64,000 bases of DNA from a virus. Positions within the stretch are counted from its first letter, which is position 1; each line of letters starts with the position of its first letter. Under the pieces are notes generated by a model. That model ran no database searches. It was not told where the DNA came from and was given only the letters and a program-made list of their open reading frames with translations. Shown piece by piece: positions 18,932 through 28,900 of the stretch. Where the stretch lies: IMG/VR virus record IMGVR_UViG_3300042508_000221, positions 1 through 64,000 of that record. One strand, given 5' to 3'. The position numbers and the translations under genes were made by a program.

Positions 18932-20025
18932 TGCCCAAGCTCGTCTCCGAACTCGCCCAGGGCAAATCATTCAGCCGCAGCGCCGACGGCGGGCAGCTTG
19001 CCGATCAGGCCACGCGGACGTGGAAGATTCTGCTGAACTCGCCGAACGAGTCGTTCAACATAGCCCAGGCAGTCGGCGTCAACATCGGCGACCCCCTTGG
19101 CTCGGCGAACCCCATCCCGTGCGTCAGCCTGGACGTGAAGGCGGACGGCGAGAGCAGGCTCGTGCGGATCGTCACCGCGCAGTATCGCAGCAATGCGGGC
19201 ATGGGCACCATAGACCCGGGCACGCAAGAGCCAGCCCAGCGGCCTGCAATGTATTCGATGACCACGTCGCTGACGGAGATCGCGGCGTGGGGTGGCGCGC
19301 CGGTGACAGGTGGCGTGTCTGGTTCATGGATTCCAGCAGTCAACCCAGTCGGCGACTTAGTCGACGGCGTGACGCGACTTGAGCCGGTAGTGAACATCAA
19401 CATTGATCAGTATTCGTATTCCGACATGAGCCAGCTCCTGGCCTACTGCGGCTATGTAAACAGAGACAACTTCACCTTCTCCAACCTGTCGGTCGGCGTT
19501 CATTGCTGTATGTTACAGAGCATTGCGTCAACAGCCGTTGTCGAGCAGTTCGGCGACTTCAAGTTTCGCGGATTCAAGGTCTCGTTCGGCTTTGCAGTCA
19601 GAGCGCACTGGACGATCACCCGCGAAGGCTTCCAGGCGATTGGCTGGGACATGGCCGTTCCGCAGACGGGGTTCAATGTCATCAACTACGGCCTGTCGTC
19701 TCCGAATGAAGTCGACATTGAGTCGCTGACTCTTCAACATGACGAGATCGGGAAGGTGCAGCTCAACAGTGATGGAACGCCACAAACCTACGCTTTTGGG
19801 ACTCAAACCAAAAGGACGAGGGCGATGGTTACGGTGCCCGCAAACCAAGGCGGGTGGACACAGAGACCATCTGCCCAGCCGGTAGCGCTCAACGACGACG
19901 GTACGCCGCGGAATGTCCGTAACTTCCCGATGGCGCAGAAAGTCCTCATCAACCGTATCTGCATTCAGCCCGAGATGAATTTCGGCAACAACTTCGCGAA
20001 CTTCGGAATTAGGTGGTTTACCTAA
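18931..20025 (+). CDS. Putative distal tail / tail-tip protein
   Basis: Coupled to the tape measure stop (TAATG); NPVGD and P..LNDDG motifs. Confidence 0.6.
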   Translation: MPKLVSELAQGKSFSRSADGGQLADQATRTWKILLNSPNESFNIAQAVGVNIGDPLGSANPIPCVSLDVKADGESRLVRIVTAQYRSNAGMGTIDPGTQEPAQRPAMYSMTTSLTEIAAWGGAPVTGGVSGSWIPAVNPVGDLVDGVTRLEPVVNINIDQYSYSDMSQLLAYCGYVNRDNFTFSNLSVGVHCCMLQSIASTAVVEQFGDFKFRGFKVSFGFAVRAHWTITREGFQAIGWDMAVPQTGFNVINYGLSSPNEVDIESLTLQHDEIGKVQLNSDGTPQTYAFGTQTKRTRAMVTVPANQGGWTQRPSAQPVALNDDGTPRNVRNFPMAQKVLINRICIQPEMNFGNNFANFGIRWFT

Positions 20026-20735
20026 TGGCTGACGGCAAGTACCTCATCGGCGAGAGCCTCCGCGAGAAGCTGAAAAGCACGATCGCGAAGGTGGAGTCCA
20101 TACCCTTCGGCGGCCCGGTGAGCCGGATTCCGACGGTGATCGAAGGCGACGGGCAGTCGTTCGCCCCAAAAGTCTTCCGCGTCTGCACGGCCACGGGCGC
20201 ATGGCAGCTAAACGCGATCAAGGCCGTCGCTTACTACGGCGTCACCAGCACGCCCAACACCGTCAACGTCATCAACCAGATCGTGAGCCTGCCGGCACCA
20301 AAGAGCACGAACACCCCTCGAATCGTCAACATCGCCAAAGACGGCACGCAGTGGTATCTGGTCAGCTTCCAGATGGCGACGGCGACGGCGGTGTTTTCTG
20401 GGCGGACGCAGACGATGACATTCGTCGGCACAGCCGCCACTCAGAGGATCACGTTTGTTGGGACTGGCTCAACGCAGACTCTAACCTACGCCGCCCCGGG
20501 CACCGCCGACGCGACGGTGGTGACGGGCGTGTCTGCTTCGCTCAACACCACCAACTGCTCAATCTCGGTTGTCACGGCAACGGCAAGGCTGAAAACAGTT
20601 GGCGACCCCAGGACAGCCACCACCATATCCATGTCGGGCACGCAGACCGCCACGACCATATCCATGTCGGGCACGCAGACGGCGACCTTCATCACCAACA
20701 CGTTCACGGCCACGTTCGTGACCCTGGAGATATAA
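20025..20735 (+). CDS. Thr-rich putative tail-tip protein
   Basis: TAATG coupling; 33-nt tandem repeat encoding TATTISMSGTQ twice at ~20615-20685. Confidence 0.55.
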   Translation: MADGKYLIGESLREKLKSTIAKVESIPFGGPVSRIPTVIEGDGQSFAPKVFRVCTATGAWQLNAIKAVAYYGVTSTPNTVNVINQIVSLPAPKSTNTPRIVNIAKDGTQWYLVSFQMATATAVFSGRTQTMTFVGTAATQRITFVGTGSTQTLTYAAPGTADATVVTGVSASLNTTNCSISVVTATARLKTVGDPRTATTISMSGTQTATTISMSGTQTATFITNTFTATFVTLEI

Positions 20736-20737
20736 TC

Positions 20738-21340
20738 ATGGCGTGTCCATGCTGCGGCCAGACATGGCAATGCCTTGCGTGCTGCTGCCCGAGCGGCCAG
20801 CCATCGCCGCAGTCCATCCAGCTACGGCTTTATAACTGGCGAGTCTCCGATGTCGCACCGCGGCGAGGGCAGGGCGAGTACCTCTCATCTCGCGGAATGG
20901 GCGCGGTGACGTTCAGGGATTTTTCCGTCGAGGGCACTTACACGCTGTCGCTCACGACAATACCAGACCCCTTTTACACGCTCAACCAAGGGAATTCGGT
21001 CAGTTGTGTACGATATGTCTATCGCGAAGGCGCGCCGTCCGGCTGCCCGATGCTGGTGCAGTACCAAACTCTTCCACAAGGGGTTCCAGAAAACAACAAG
21101 AAACTTTTATTCGTAGCACGAATGGCCTGGGGCTCGAAGTATGTTTTTGCTTTTTCCGGCGAAAACCAGCAGGGGCGCTGCCTCTCCTTCGCGTCATCGT
21201 CGACTGCTGGAACTGGATACGACCTATGCACCGGCGTTCGCCAACAGAGGTTGCCGGGGGAACCTGACTCCGTCCCTTATGCGGTCTGCACGGTCGAGGG
21301 GCAGGAAGTGGCGATGCTGTTTGACGTTGAGCATATATAG
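20738..21340 (+). CDS. Hypothetical protein with Cys-rich N-terminus
   Basis: MACPCCG...CLACCCP; SD GGAG upstream. Confidence 0.6.
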   Translation: MACPCCGQTWQCLACCCPSGQPSPQSIQLRLYNWRVSDVAPRRGQGEYLSSRGMGAVTFRDFSVEGTYTLSLTTIPDPFYTLNQGNSVSCVRYVYREGAPSGCPMLVQYQTLPQGVPENNKKLLFVARMAWGSKYVFAFSGENQQGRCLSFASSSTAGTGYDLCTGVRQQRLPGEPDSVPYAVCTVEGQEVAMLFDVEHI

Positions 21341-21349
21341 GTAACTTCT

Positions 21350-21580
21350 ATGCCGTGCTATAGCGCCGCAAACGTCACTCTCTGGCTGGGCTACAAGAGG
21401 CTCGGCAAGGCATACGCCACGCAGCAGGAGTGCGAGCAGGAGTGTTCGCAGCCTTCGGGGGCGTGCTGTAACGCAGGAGTGTGCCGAACCGCAACGCCCT
21501 GCCAGTGCGCCGGACAGGGCGACTCTTTTCTGGGGATAGGAACACAATGCTCGCCAAACCCATGCAACCCACTTCCATGA
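21350..21580 (+). CDS. Small Cys-rich protein (GACC-type repeat)
   Basis: GACC...C....PCQC...G..F.G.GT.CSPNPC. Confidence 0.6.
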   Translation: MPCYSAANVTLWLGYKRLGKAYATQQECEQECSQPSGACCNAGVCRTATPCQCAGQGDSFLGIGTQCSPNPCNPLP

Positions 21581-22011
21581 TTACCTGCCACCGCATGCAC
21601 CTTGAGGTTCGCTGCGCCGAACGTGGCTACACGCTCGACGAAGTGATGCCGTGCGTTGTCGCCCGGGATGGCGACGAGTGGACAGTGGACATCGACCACC
21701 CCGCTTTCCCCCGGGACTCGCGATTTCCGCCGCCACCCCCGCCGCACGGCCCAGGCACGGAACTCAAAAAGCTCCTGGCCGGATGGCCGTTTCGCATCAC
21801 AGCTTCCCCAGACTGCTCGTGTAACCAAGTCGCCAACGAGATGGACGCCTGGGGCGTGGACGAGTGTGAGAAGCCCGACCGCGTCGAATACGTCCTTTCG
21901 GCCATGCGGGCCAATGCTGAGAAGCGCGGCCTGCCATTTCTTGACGCCGCCGGCAGGTTTCTGATCAAGCGTGCTATCAAGCAAGCGCGAAAATCAAAGG
22001 TTGACCCATAA
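21577..22011 (+). CDS. Hypothetical protein
   Basis: ATGA coupling; GPGTELKKLL, CSC, MDAWG..C. Confidence 0.65.
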   Translation: MITCHRMHLEVRCAERGYTLDEVMPCVVARDGDEWTVDIDHPAFPRDSRFPPPPPPHGPGTELKKLLAGWPFRITASPDCSCNQVANEMDAWGVDECEKPDRVEYVLSAMRANAEKRGLPFLDAAGRFLIKRAIKQARKSKVDP

Positions 22012-22029
22012 AGGCTACTCGGCCACACT
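22001..22029 (+). promoter_or_regulatory. Candidate sigma70 promoter
   Basis: TTGACC, 17 nt spacer, CACACT; ATG at 22036 would give a leaderless start. Confidence 0.45.
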
Positions 22030-22035
22030 ATGTCT

Positions 22036-22263
22036 ATGTCCAAGAAGCCGCCACGGGGATTGATACTTCCCCCTGAACTTGACGACGACGACGAGATCAC
22101 GGGCGGCGGCATCCCCGATGATGATGGATGGATTCACCTTGAGGGCAAGCCGAATGGACTTAGCGAAGGAGATCCTGGAGAGCGCGAAGCCGTCGGCAGG
22201 AAACCAAAGCTGGTTTCACGGTCTGTCAAGCGAGCACCAAGACGCCGTCCTCGCGGTTCGTGA
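22036..22263 (+). CDS. Small acidic hypothetical protein
   Basis: ORF directly after the candidate promoter; overlaps the next ORF by about 110 nt. Confidence 0.4.
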   Translation: MSKKPPRGLILPPELDDDDEITGGGIPDDDGWIHLEGKPNGLSEGDPGEREAVGRKPKLVSRSVKRAPRRRPRGS

Positions 22264-22399
22264 CCAGTGGCGGAAGACCGCCGAGGCCACCGGCATCTCG
22301 GCCTCCCAGATGGCGAAGACGATCGTCGCAAAGCTCACGGCCCGCGGGTACAAGACCTCCAAGTTCAGGCAGGTGCAGCGATGGCTGACGCAGGGTTGA
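22154..22399 (+). CDS. Small hypothetical protein, possibly HTH
   Basis: GAGGG SD; helical sequence ending QVQRWL; overlaps the phosphoesterase start. Confidence 0.55.
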   Translation: MDLAKEILESAKPSAGNQSWFHGLSSEHQDAVLAVRDQWRKTAEATGISASQMAKTIVAKLTARGYKTSKFRQVQRWLTQG

Positions 22400-23562
22400 C
22401 CGGCGACATCCTTTCGGCCGCGGCAGCCGCCGCCACGCCGAAGCCCGCCGCCGACGCAGAGCAGGTGACGCAGCGCCGCGAGGGAGACGTGCTGGAGGCG
22501 CGCTCCACGTCGAAGCGCATCAAGACGGTCGCCGACCTCCTGGCTCACATCGAAGCTGACATGCGGGCTTATGATGTCGCAGCATCCGAGGCGACCAAGT
22601 GGGAGGTCGCAACAGCCGACTCAAGCGGCGAGCCGACCGTCACTGAGCTGCACCGCGTCTGGGTCAGGCTCAAGCCCAAGGCTGGCCCAGGGATCAAGGA
22701 AGTCGTCGAGGCGATGATCGCGGCGGCGAGTAAGCAGATAGTGCAGGCGAAGATGCCCAGGCATCGCAAGCGGCGAGACGGCCTGTGGAGCGTAGTGGTC
22801 GTCAGCGACCTGCACGTTGGGTCGAAGTCTTGGCGGCACGCGACCGGGCACGACTACGACATCAACATCGCAGGACAGGTTGCGGCAAAAACGACCAGCG
22901 AGTTGATTCAGCGCAGCGACGGCCTCGGCGTTACGCGGCGATCGATCGTGCTGTGCGGCGATACGCTACACTTCGACACAATTGCGGGAACGACGACATC
23001 GGGCACCTACCTAGACCGAGACACTCGCATACAGAAAGCCATAGAATGCGCCGCCGAGGCGATATTTCGAGCCGTCGAGCATTCTGCGTCGTCGGTTCCG
23101 ACGGACGTTGTTCTGGTGCCTGGAAACCACGACTCCGCGATGACCTGGGCACTCCAGAAGATCGTGGTGGAGCGGTATCGCAACGACAAACGAATCAAGG
23201 TCAACGGCGAATTCACCAGCCGAAAATACCTGATCCACGGGAAAAACCTGATCGGCGTGACGCACGGCGACAAGGGGAAAAAGCGTCTTGGTGGCATCAT
23301 GGCCTTGGAGGCCGCCGAGCAGTGGTCAACCTGCGTTCACCGCGAATGGCACGTCGGACATCTACACCATCAAGCAGCCGAGATAAGCACAATCGACGGT
23401 GTCGTCGTCAGGACGCACCCGACGATCGTTCCGCCGGACGCATGGCACTTCGATAACGGCTTTGTCGGAGCAGAGCGGGCAATGCAGGGGTTCGTCTACG
23501 CCCCCGAGGGCGGGCTGCTTGAGCTGCATATGGCTTACGCAGGATGCGGGAGGGCGCATTGA
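22381..23562 (+). CDS. Calcineurin-like metallophosphoesterase
   Basis: SDLHVG, GDTLH, PGNHD, THGD, GHLHH. Confidence 0.85.
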   Translation: MADAGLTGDILSAAAAAATPKPAADAEQVTQRREGDVLEARSTSKRIKTVADLLAHIEADMRAYDVAASEATKWEVATADSSGEPTVTELHRVWVRLKPKAGPGIKEVVEAMIAAASKQIVQAKMPRHRKRRDGLWSVVVVSDLHVGSKSWRHATGHDYDINIAGQVAAKTTSELIQRSDGLGVTRRSIVLCGDTLHFDTIAGTTTSGTYLDRDTRIQKAIECAAEAIFRAVEHSASSVPTDVVLVPGNHDSAMTWALQKIVVERYRNDKRIKVNGEFTSRKYLIHGKNLIGVTHGDKGKKRLGGIMALEAAEQWSTCVHREWHVGHLHHQAAEISTIDGVVVRTHPTIVPPDAWHFDNGFVGAERAMQGFVYAPEGGLLELHMAYAGCGRAH

Positions 23563-24233
23563 GATTAGAGACTGAAGAGCAGCGAAGCCGTCGCCTCGCA
23601 GCCGGCCGAGAGCGGGCTGCCCGCTACAGAGCAAACGAAACACCAGAGCAGAGAGCAAAACGCCTTGCGTATTTTCAAGAGTATAGAAAGTCATACTACT
23701 CAGCCAACAAAGACAAGATAGCCGCCGGGAACAGGAAGAGATACGAGCAGAAGAAGCCTGAGATTTTAATGCAGTGCAAGGAATACAGACAGAAAAACAA
23801 AGACAAGATCACTGCCGCTTACTCGCATAAGCGAAGAACAGACCCGCAGACTCTCTTGGCAAGTCGCCTGCGGCACCGCCTATCCATGCTGCTTCGCGTC
23901 ACCGGAACCAGAAAAACAAAAGCAACCATGAGGCTTGTGGGGTGCGACCGGCCGTGCCTGAAGACATGGATTGAGATGCAGTTCCTCCCAGAAATGACTT
24001 GGGGCGTGTCACGCGAATGGCACATTGATCACATCATCCCGTGCAGCGCTTTTGATCTAACCTCCGAAAGTCAGCAGTCAGTTGCCTTTCACTACCTGAA
24101 CCTTCGGCCAATGTGGGCCAAAGACAACGTAGCCAAGCGAGACCGTCTGGTGGTTGAACGCCCCAGTGACGGCATTTGGACTCTTGATCACGTCATAAAA
24201 GCGCGCCGGATTACTGCCGGAGTTCGCCGATGA
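23544..24233 (+). CDS. HNH homing endonuclease-like protein
   Basis: Basic helical N-terminus; WHIDHIIP...HYLNLRPMWAKDN; visibly lower GC. Confidence 0.8.
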   Translation: MREGALRLETEEQRSRRLAAGRERAARYRANETPEQRAKRLAYFQEYRKSYYSANKDKIAAGNRKRYEQKKPEILMQCKEYRQKNKDKITAAYSHKRRTDPQTLLASRLRHRLSMLLRVTGTRKTKATMRLVGCDRPCLKTWIEMQFLPEMTWGVSREWHIDHIIPCSAFDLTSESQQSVAFHYLNLRPMWAKDNVAKRDRLVVERPSDGIWTLDHVIKARRITAGVRR

Positions 24234-24709
24234 ACGAACTGGACTACCTCCGCGAAGCCTGCCGCTACGCCTCAGAGCACTCCCACGACCCAGACACGCA
24301 GAACGGGGCCGTGCTCGTGACGGGCAGGCAGATCATCTACGCCGCCAACTGCGTTCCGGCGGGGGTGGCCCGCCCCGCGCACCGACTCGGGAGGCCGTTC
24401 AAGTACGACTTTATCGAGCACGCCGAGCGGGCGGCGATCCACAAGGCCGCGGCGGCCGGGGCGGCGACGGCCGGCGGGAAGCTCTACTGCCCCTGGTTCG
24501 CCTGCACCGACTGTGCCAGGGCGATCATTTCGGCGGGCATCACCGAGGTCGTCGGTCTGATCTCGCTCCGCAACGCCACGCCGGCCCGCTGGCTCCTCAA
24601 CGTGGAGCTGGCCGAAAAGATGCTCGAAGAGGCGTGCGTGAGCCAGCGGCTCCTGGCAGACACAGTCGGCGTCACACTTCGCTTCGACGGGAGGGATTTC
24701 TCATGCTGA
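24230..24709 (+). CDS. dCMP deaminase
   Basis: SHDPDTQNGAV, EHAERAAI, PWFACTDCARAII. Confidence 0.9.
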   Translation: MNELDYLREACRYASEHSHDPDTQNGAVLVTGRQIIYAANCVPAGVARPAHRLGRPFKYDFIEHAERAAIHKAAAAGAATAGGKLYCPWFACTDCARAIISAGITEVVGLISLRNATPARWLLNVELAEKMLEEACVSQRLLADTVGVTLRFDGRDFSC

Positions 24710-25245
24710 TCGGACTCTGCGGGGCCGCCGGGGCTGGGAAGAATACGGTGGCAGAATTTCTTACGGATTCCGACGGCTGCACATTCATGCAGATCGCCTT
24801 CGCCGACCCGCTCTACGAGTGCGTCTCGACGATCACGGGCCTGCCGGCGGCCCGCCTCAAGGATCGCGTCGTCAAGGAGACCGTCATCCCCTGGCTGGGC
24901 AAGTCGCCCAGGCAACTGCTCCAGACCCTCGGCACCGAGTGGGGCCGCGGCACCGTCCATCCCGAAATCTGGGTTCGCATCGCGATGGAGCGAGCCGCCC
25001 AGCACCTGACCGTCAATCGCTGCGTGGTCATCACCGACGTTCGGTTCGACAACGAGGCTCAGGCCATCATCGACGCCGGAGGCGAGGTGTGGCGGGTTGA
25101 GCGGCCGGGGTGGCGGTGCCTCGCCGCCGAGGCGGCCACGCACCAGAGCGAGGCCGGGGTGAGCGACCATCTTGTCGCCCGAACCATCGACAATTCCGGC
25201 TCCTTGGATGCCCTCAGACTGCAACTCGTCGCTGCTACAATTTAG
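24703..25245 (+). CDS. Deoxynucleoside monophosphate kinase
   Basis: G.AGAGKNT, FADPL, PRQLLQTLGTEWGR, ITDVRFDNE, HQSE. Confidence 0.9.
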   Translation: MLIGLCGAAGAGKNTVAEFLTDSDGCTFMQIAFADPLYECVSTITGLPAARLKDRVVKETVIPWLGKSPRQLLQTLGTEWGRGTVHPEIWVRIAMERAAQHLTVNRCVVITDVRFDNEAQAIIDAGGEVWRVERPGWRCLAAEAATHQSEAGVSDHLVARTIDNSGSLDALRLQLVAATI

Positions 25246-25288
25246 ATAGGCTACCGGCCTGCATACTGTAGTTTTCGCGGAGTGGCAG

Positions 25289-25588
25289 ATGAGCAGCGAA
25301 TCATTCGTCGAGGCCGCGTTCCGCGTGGCCGAGCGTTTCGGCGTTCCGTTGGTGCTTCTGGCGGTCGGCATCTGGTTTATGAGGGATGCGGCAGTGACGC
25401 TCCACGGCACCGTCGTGGTGCCGATTGTGAAGTCGCACACCGAGTTCCTCGATTCGACCAGAGAGACGCTCGACGAGATCGGGAAAACGCAGTTCAAGCA
25501 GGCCGAGACCCTCCAAGAAATCGCCGCTGGGCAGCAGGAAATCAAGCAGGCCGTCGTGAAAAAGACCGGCCAGCCGGCTCAAAACTGA
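25289..25588 (+). CDS. Single-TM membrane protein, holin-like
   Basis: ERFGVP followed by a hydrophobic helix and a coiled coil. Confidence 0.45.
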   Translation: MSSESFVEAAFRVAERFGVPLVLLAVGIWFMRDAAVTLHGTVVVPIVKSHTEFLDSTRETLDEIGKTQFKQAETLQEIAAGQQEIKQAVVKKTGQPAQN

Positions 25589-25597
25589 GGTGCCGCC

Positions 25598-25963
25598 TTG
25601 CCCGTCTTCAGCCAGCTTCCTGGGAATTTAGATTTAGAACTTGTGCCCGGGGACGAGTGTAATGTCGCGCTGAACCTTCAGCGCGACGTTACGTCGCATT
25701 CGTTCACGAGCTACATCTACCGCACCGACATCGTCGGCACCGGCGGCGGCCTGGGCTCGATCTCCAGCTTCGGCCAGACCGTCACCTCCCCGACGATCGG
25801 CATCGCCAACGCCTCGACCGGCTCCATGATCCTGGGGCTCTCCGAGACCCAGACTTCCCTGCTTTCCCCCGGCCAGACCTACCGCTGGTATCTCCGCTGG
25901 GTGGCCCCGGGGCAGATCACCCGCACGATTGTGAGCGGTAGCGTGACGGCGGTGGCCCCATGA
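25598..25963 (+). CDS. BppU-like fibre adaptor protein
   Basis: G...L.LSETQT..L...Y.W.L.W...RT...G.V; paralog of 34638-34964. Confidence 0.55.
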   Translation: MPVFSQLPGNLDLELVPGDECNVALNLQRDVTSHSFTSYIYRTDIVGTGGGLGSISSFGQTVTSPTIGIANASTGSMILGLSETQTSLLSPGQTYRWYLRWVAPGQITRTIVSGSVTAVAP

Positions 25964-28900
25964 GTGAAATCAGCGTCGTTGTCGTCGGCTCGACGAGCAT
26001 CAATAGCGTCGTGGGCAACGGCGACACGGTCAACGTCACCGTTGGCAGCAGCACGGGCGGCGGCGGCAGCGGCACGGCGGCGACCATCGAGGCCGGGACT
26101 GTCACGACGATCGACGCGACCCAGACGGCCACCGTCACCAACGTCGGGTCAGCCTTCGCCGCCAAGTTCAACTTCTCGCTGCCGCGAGGCTTTACGGGCT
26201 TGCAGGGTCAGGCTGGCCCAGCCGGCCCTGGCAACTCGCTGTCGATTGGGACGGTCTCGACGGGCACCGCGGCGAGCGCGACGATCACGGGCACCTCGCC
26301 ATCGCAAACGCTCAGTCTCGTGCTCCCGCAGGGCAACGCCGGCCCGCAGGGCGCAGTGGGCGCAGCAGGCCCCGCCAACTCTCTGACGGTTGGGAGCGTA
26401 ACGACCGGCGCGACCGCGGCCGTGTCGATCACGGGGAGTGCCCCGTCGCAGCAGATTTCTTTTGTGATCCCAGCAGGCCCGAGCGGCCCCGCCGGCCCCG
26501 CCAATTCACTGGAAGTCGGGAGCGTGACGACCGGCGCGACCGCTGCCGTGTCGATCACCGGAAGCGCCCCGTCGCAGCAAATCTCATTCGTAATCCCCCA
26601 GGGGCCGAGCGGCCCCACCGGCCCCGCGGGCGGTCTGGCGACGGTGAGCGTTGGCACAGTCACCACCGGCAGCCCAGGGACTCCTGCCGCCGTGCAGGCT
26701 GTCGCAAACGGCTCGACCGTCACGTTGAACTTCACGATTCCCAGGGGCTCAGACGGCACGTCGAACCTCGCGGACGAGACGCCGCAGCCACTCGGAGTTG
26801 CCTCTGCGGGGTCGGCTCTCAAGGCGGCGCGGGCCGATCACATTCACGCCGTGCCGACGATTGACTACAGCTCCCTGGCGGGGGTGCCGAGCACTTTTGT
26901 TCCGGTTTCCCATCAGCACCTCATAACCGACGTGACGGGGCTGGAGACCGCGCTCAATGCCAAGCAGGCTGCGGGCAACTACGCCACACTCGTGGGCGGG
27001 ACAGTACCCAGCAGCCAACTGCCGGGGTTCGTCGATGACGTTGTCGAGGCCGCGTCTTTTGGGACGCTGCCCTCACCCGGCGAGTCTGGGAAGCTGTATG
27101 TTGCCGTCGACACTCGCAAGGTGTATCGCTGGAGCGGCGGTTCCGTTGGCTACGTCGAGATTGCAGCCTCCCCCGGCTCGACCGATGCCGTGCCAGAAGG
27201 CGCGACGAATCTGTATTTCACAAGCGTCCGCGCCGCAGCGGCGGCGCCGGTGCAGAGCGTGGCGGGCCGCACGGGGGCGGTGACGCTCGCAAAGTCTGAC
27301 GTGGGGCTTGGCAGCGTCGACAACACGTCAGACGCAAACAAACCTGTAAGCACCGCTCAAGCGTCTGCTGACTCTGCCGTGCAGTCGTATTCCATCCAGC
27401 GTGCTAACCACACCGGCACGCAGACGGCATCGACCATCAGCGACTTCGCCGCCGAAGCAGCAAAGTACGGCCCGGTCGCCAGTCTGAACTCGCTCACTGG
27501 CGCGTTGACGCTTGCGCCAGGAAACGGCGTGACGATCACGCCGAGCGGCACGACGCTGACCATCGCATCGACGGCCACGGGGCTTGGTGCTGACGATGCC
27601 ATTGACGGCGGTGCCTTCGGAGGCAGCGCCAGTCTGGGCGGCGGGGTATCGTGGACGCAGCGGACGCTGGCGGCGAACGCAGAATGGCTGCAAGTTGCCT
27701 ACGGCAACGGCGTGTTTGTGGCAGTAGCTCTTGGCACAACCGCAGCCACAAGCACAGACGGCATCACATGGACACAGCGGACGATGCCCAGCGGGGATTA
27801 CCACGCTTTCGCCCACGGCAACGGCGTGTTCGTCGCGATTAGCTTGGGGGGCGGGTGGACTGCAAGAAGCGCCGACGGCATCACATGGACCAAAACCGGG
27901 ATGCTTGCGGGAGGTGATAATTGGAATGGCACTTCTTTCTGGCGCGTGGCGTATGGCAACGGCACATTCGTTGCGGTGTCCATTAGTGGCACAACCGCAG
28001 CCACAAGCGTAGACGGCATCACATGGACGAGCCGCACGCTTCCGGGCTCTTACCCATATCGGTGCATAGCCTACGGCAGCGGCACATTTGTCGCGCTGAC
28101 ATATAACAGCAATACGGCGGCCACGAGCGCTGACGGCATCACATGGACGGCACGCACACTGCCAAGCAATCAGGGGTGGACCGGCATCACATACGGCAAC
28201 GGCCTGTTCGTGGCGGTTGCGAGTAATACCGGATATACAGCGCGAAGCGCCGACGGTATCACATGGACGCAGAGCGGTACGCTTCCTACGGGACTGATCG
28301 AACCAGCCGTCACCTATGGCGCTGGCACGTTTGTGATAGTTGGGCAAGGCGGCTCAGGCAGCGGCACCTCCGTCGCCGCGACAAGCATCGACGGGATTAA
28401 CTGGACGCAACGCACACTTCCAGCCAGCGGCGTCTGGCAATCGGTGGCTTATGGCAGCGACCTTTTTGTTGCAATAGCCGGCGGCGGCACACCGACAACG
28501 CTTGCGGCCACTTCTCCCGGTTCCTTCGCGTCTGCGGACGTAGTCAAGCCAAAGCGGAGCTACACGGCTGGCATTACGCCAGCAACGGCAGAGCTAGAGA
28601 CGCACGAGTTGGCTGTGTCGTGGGCAGACGGCAAGCTCTTCACGAAGGACGTCGACGGCAACCTCGTCACGTTGACGCTCGGCGGCGGCTCCGGTGCTGA
28701 CGATGCCATCGATGGCGGTTGGTTTTACGGCACGAGCGGCCATACGGCATCGGTCACGATCACGTCGCCGCCTGCCAACAAGACGGCCAGCAGCGGGGCT
28801 GCGACGTTTGCGGTCACGGCGACCGTTGACCCCAGCGGATCGCCGTCGTACCAGTGGCAGAAAAGCGATGCCAACAGCACGATTGTGACGCAGCGCACGA

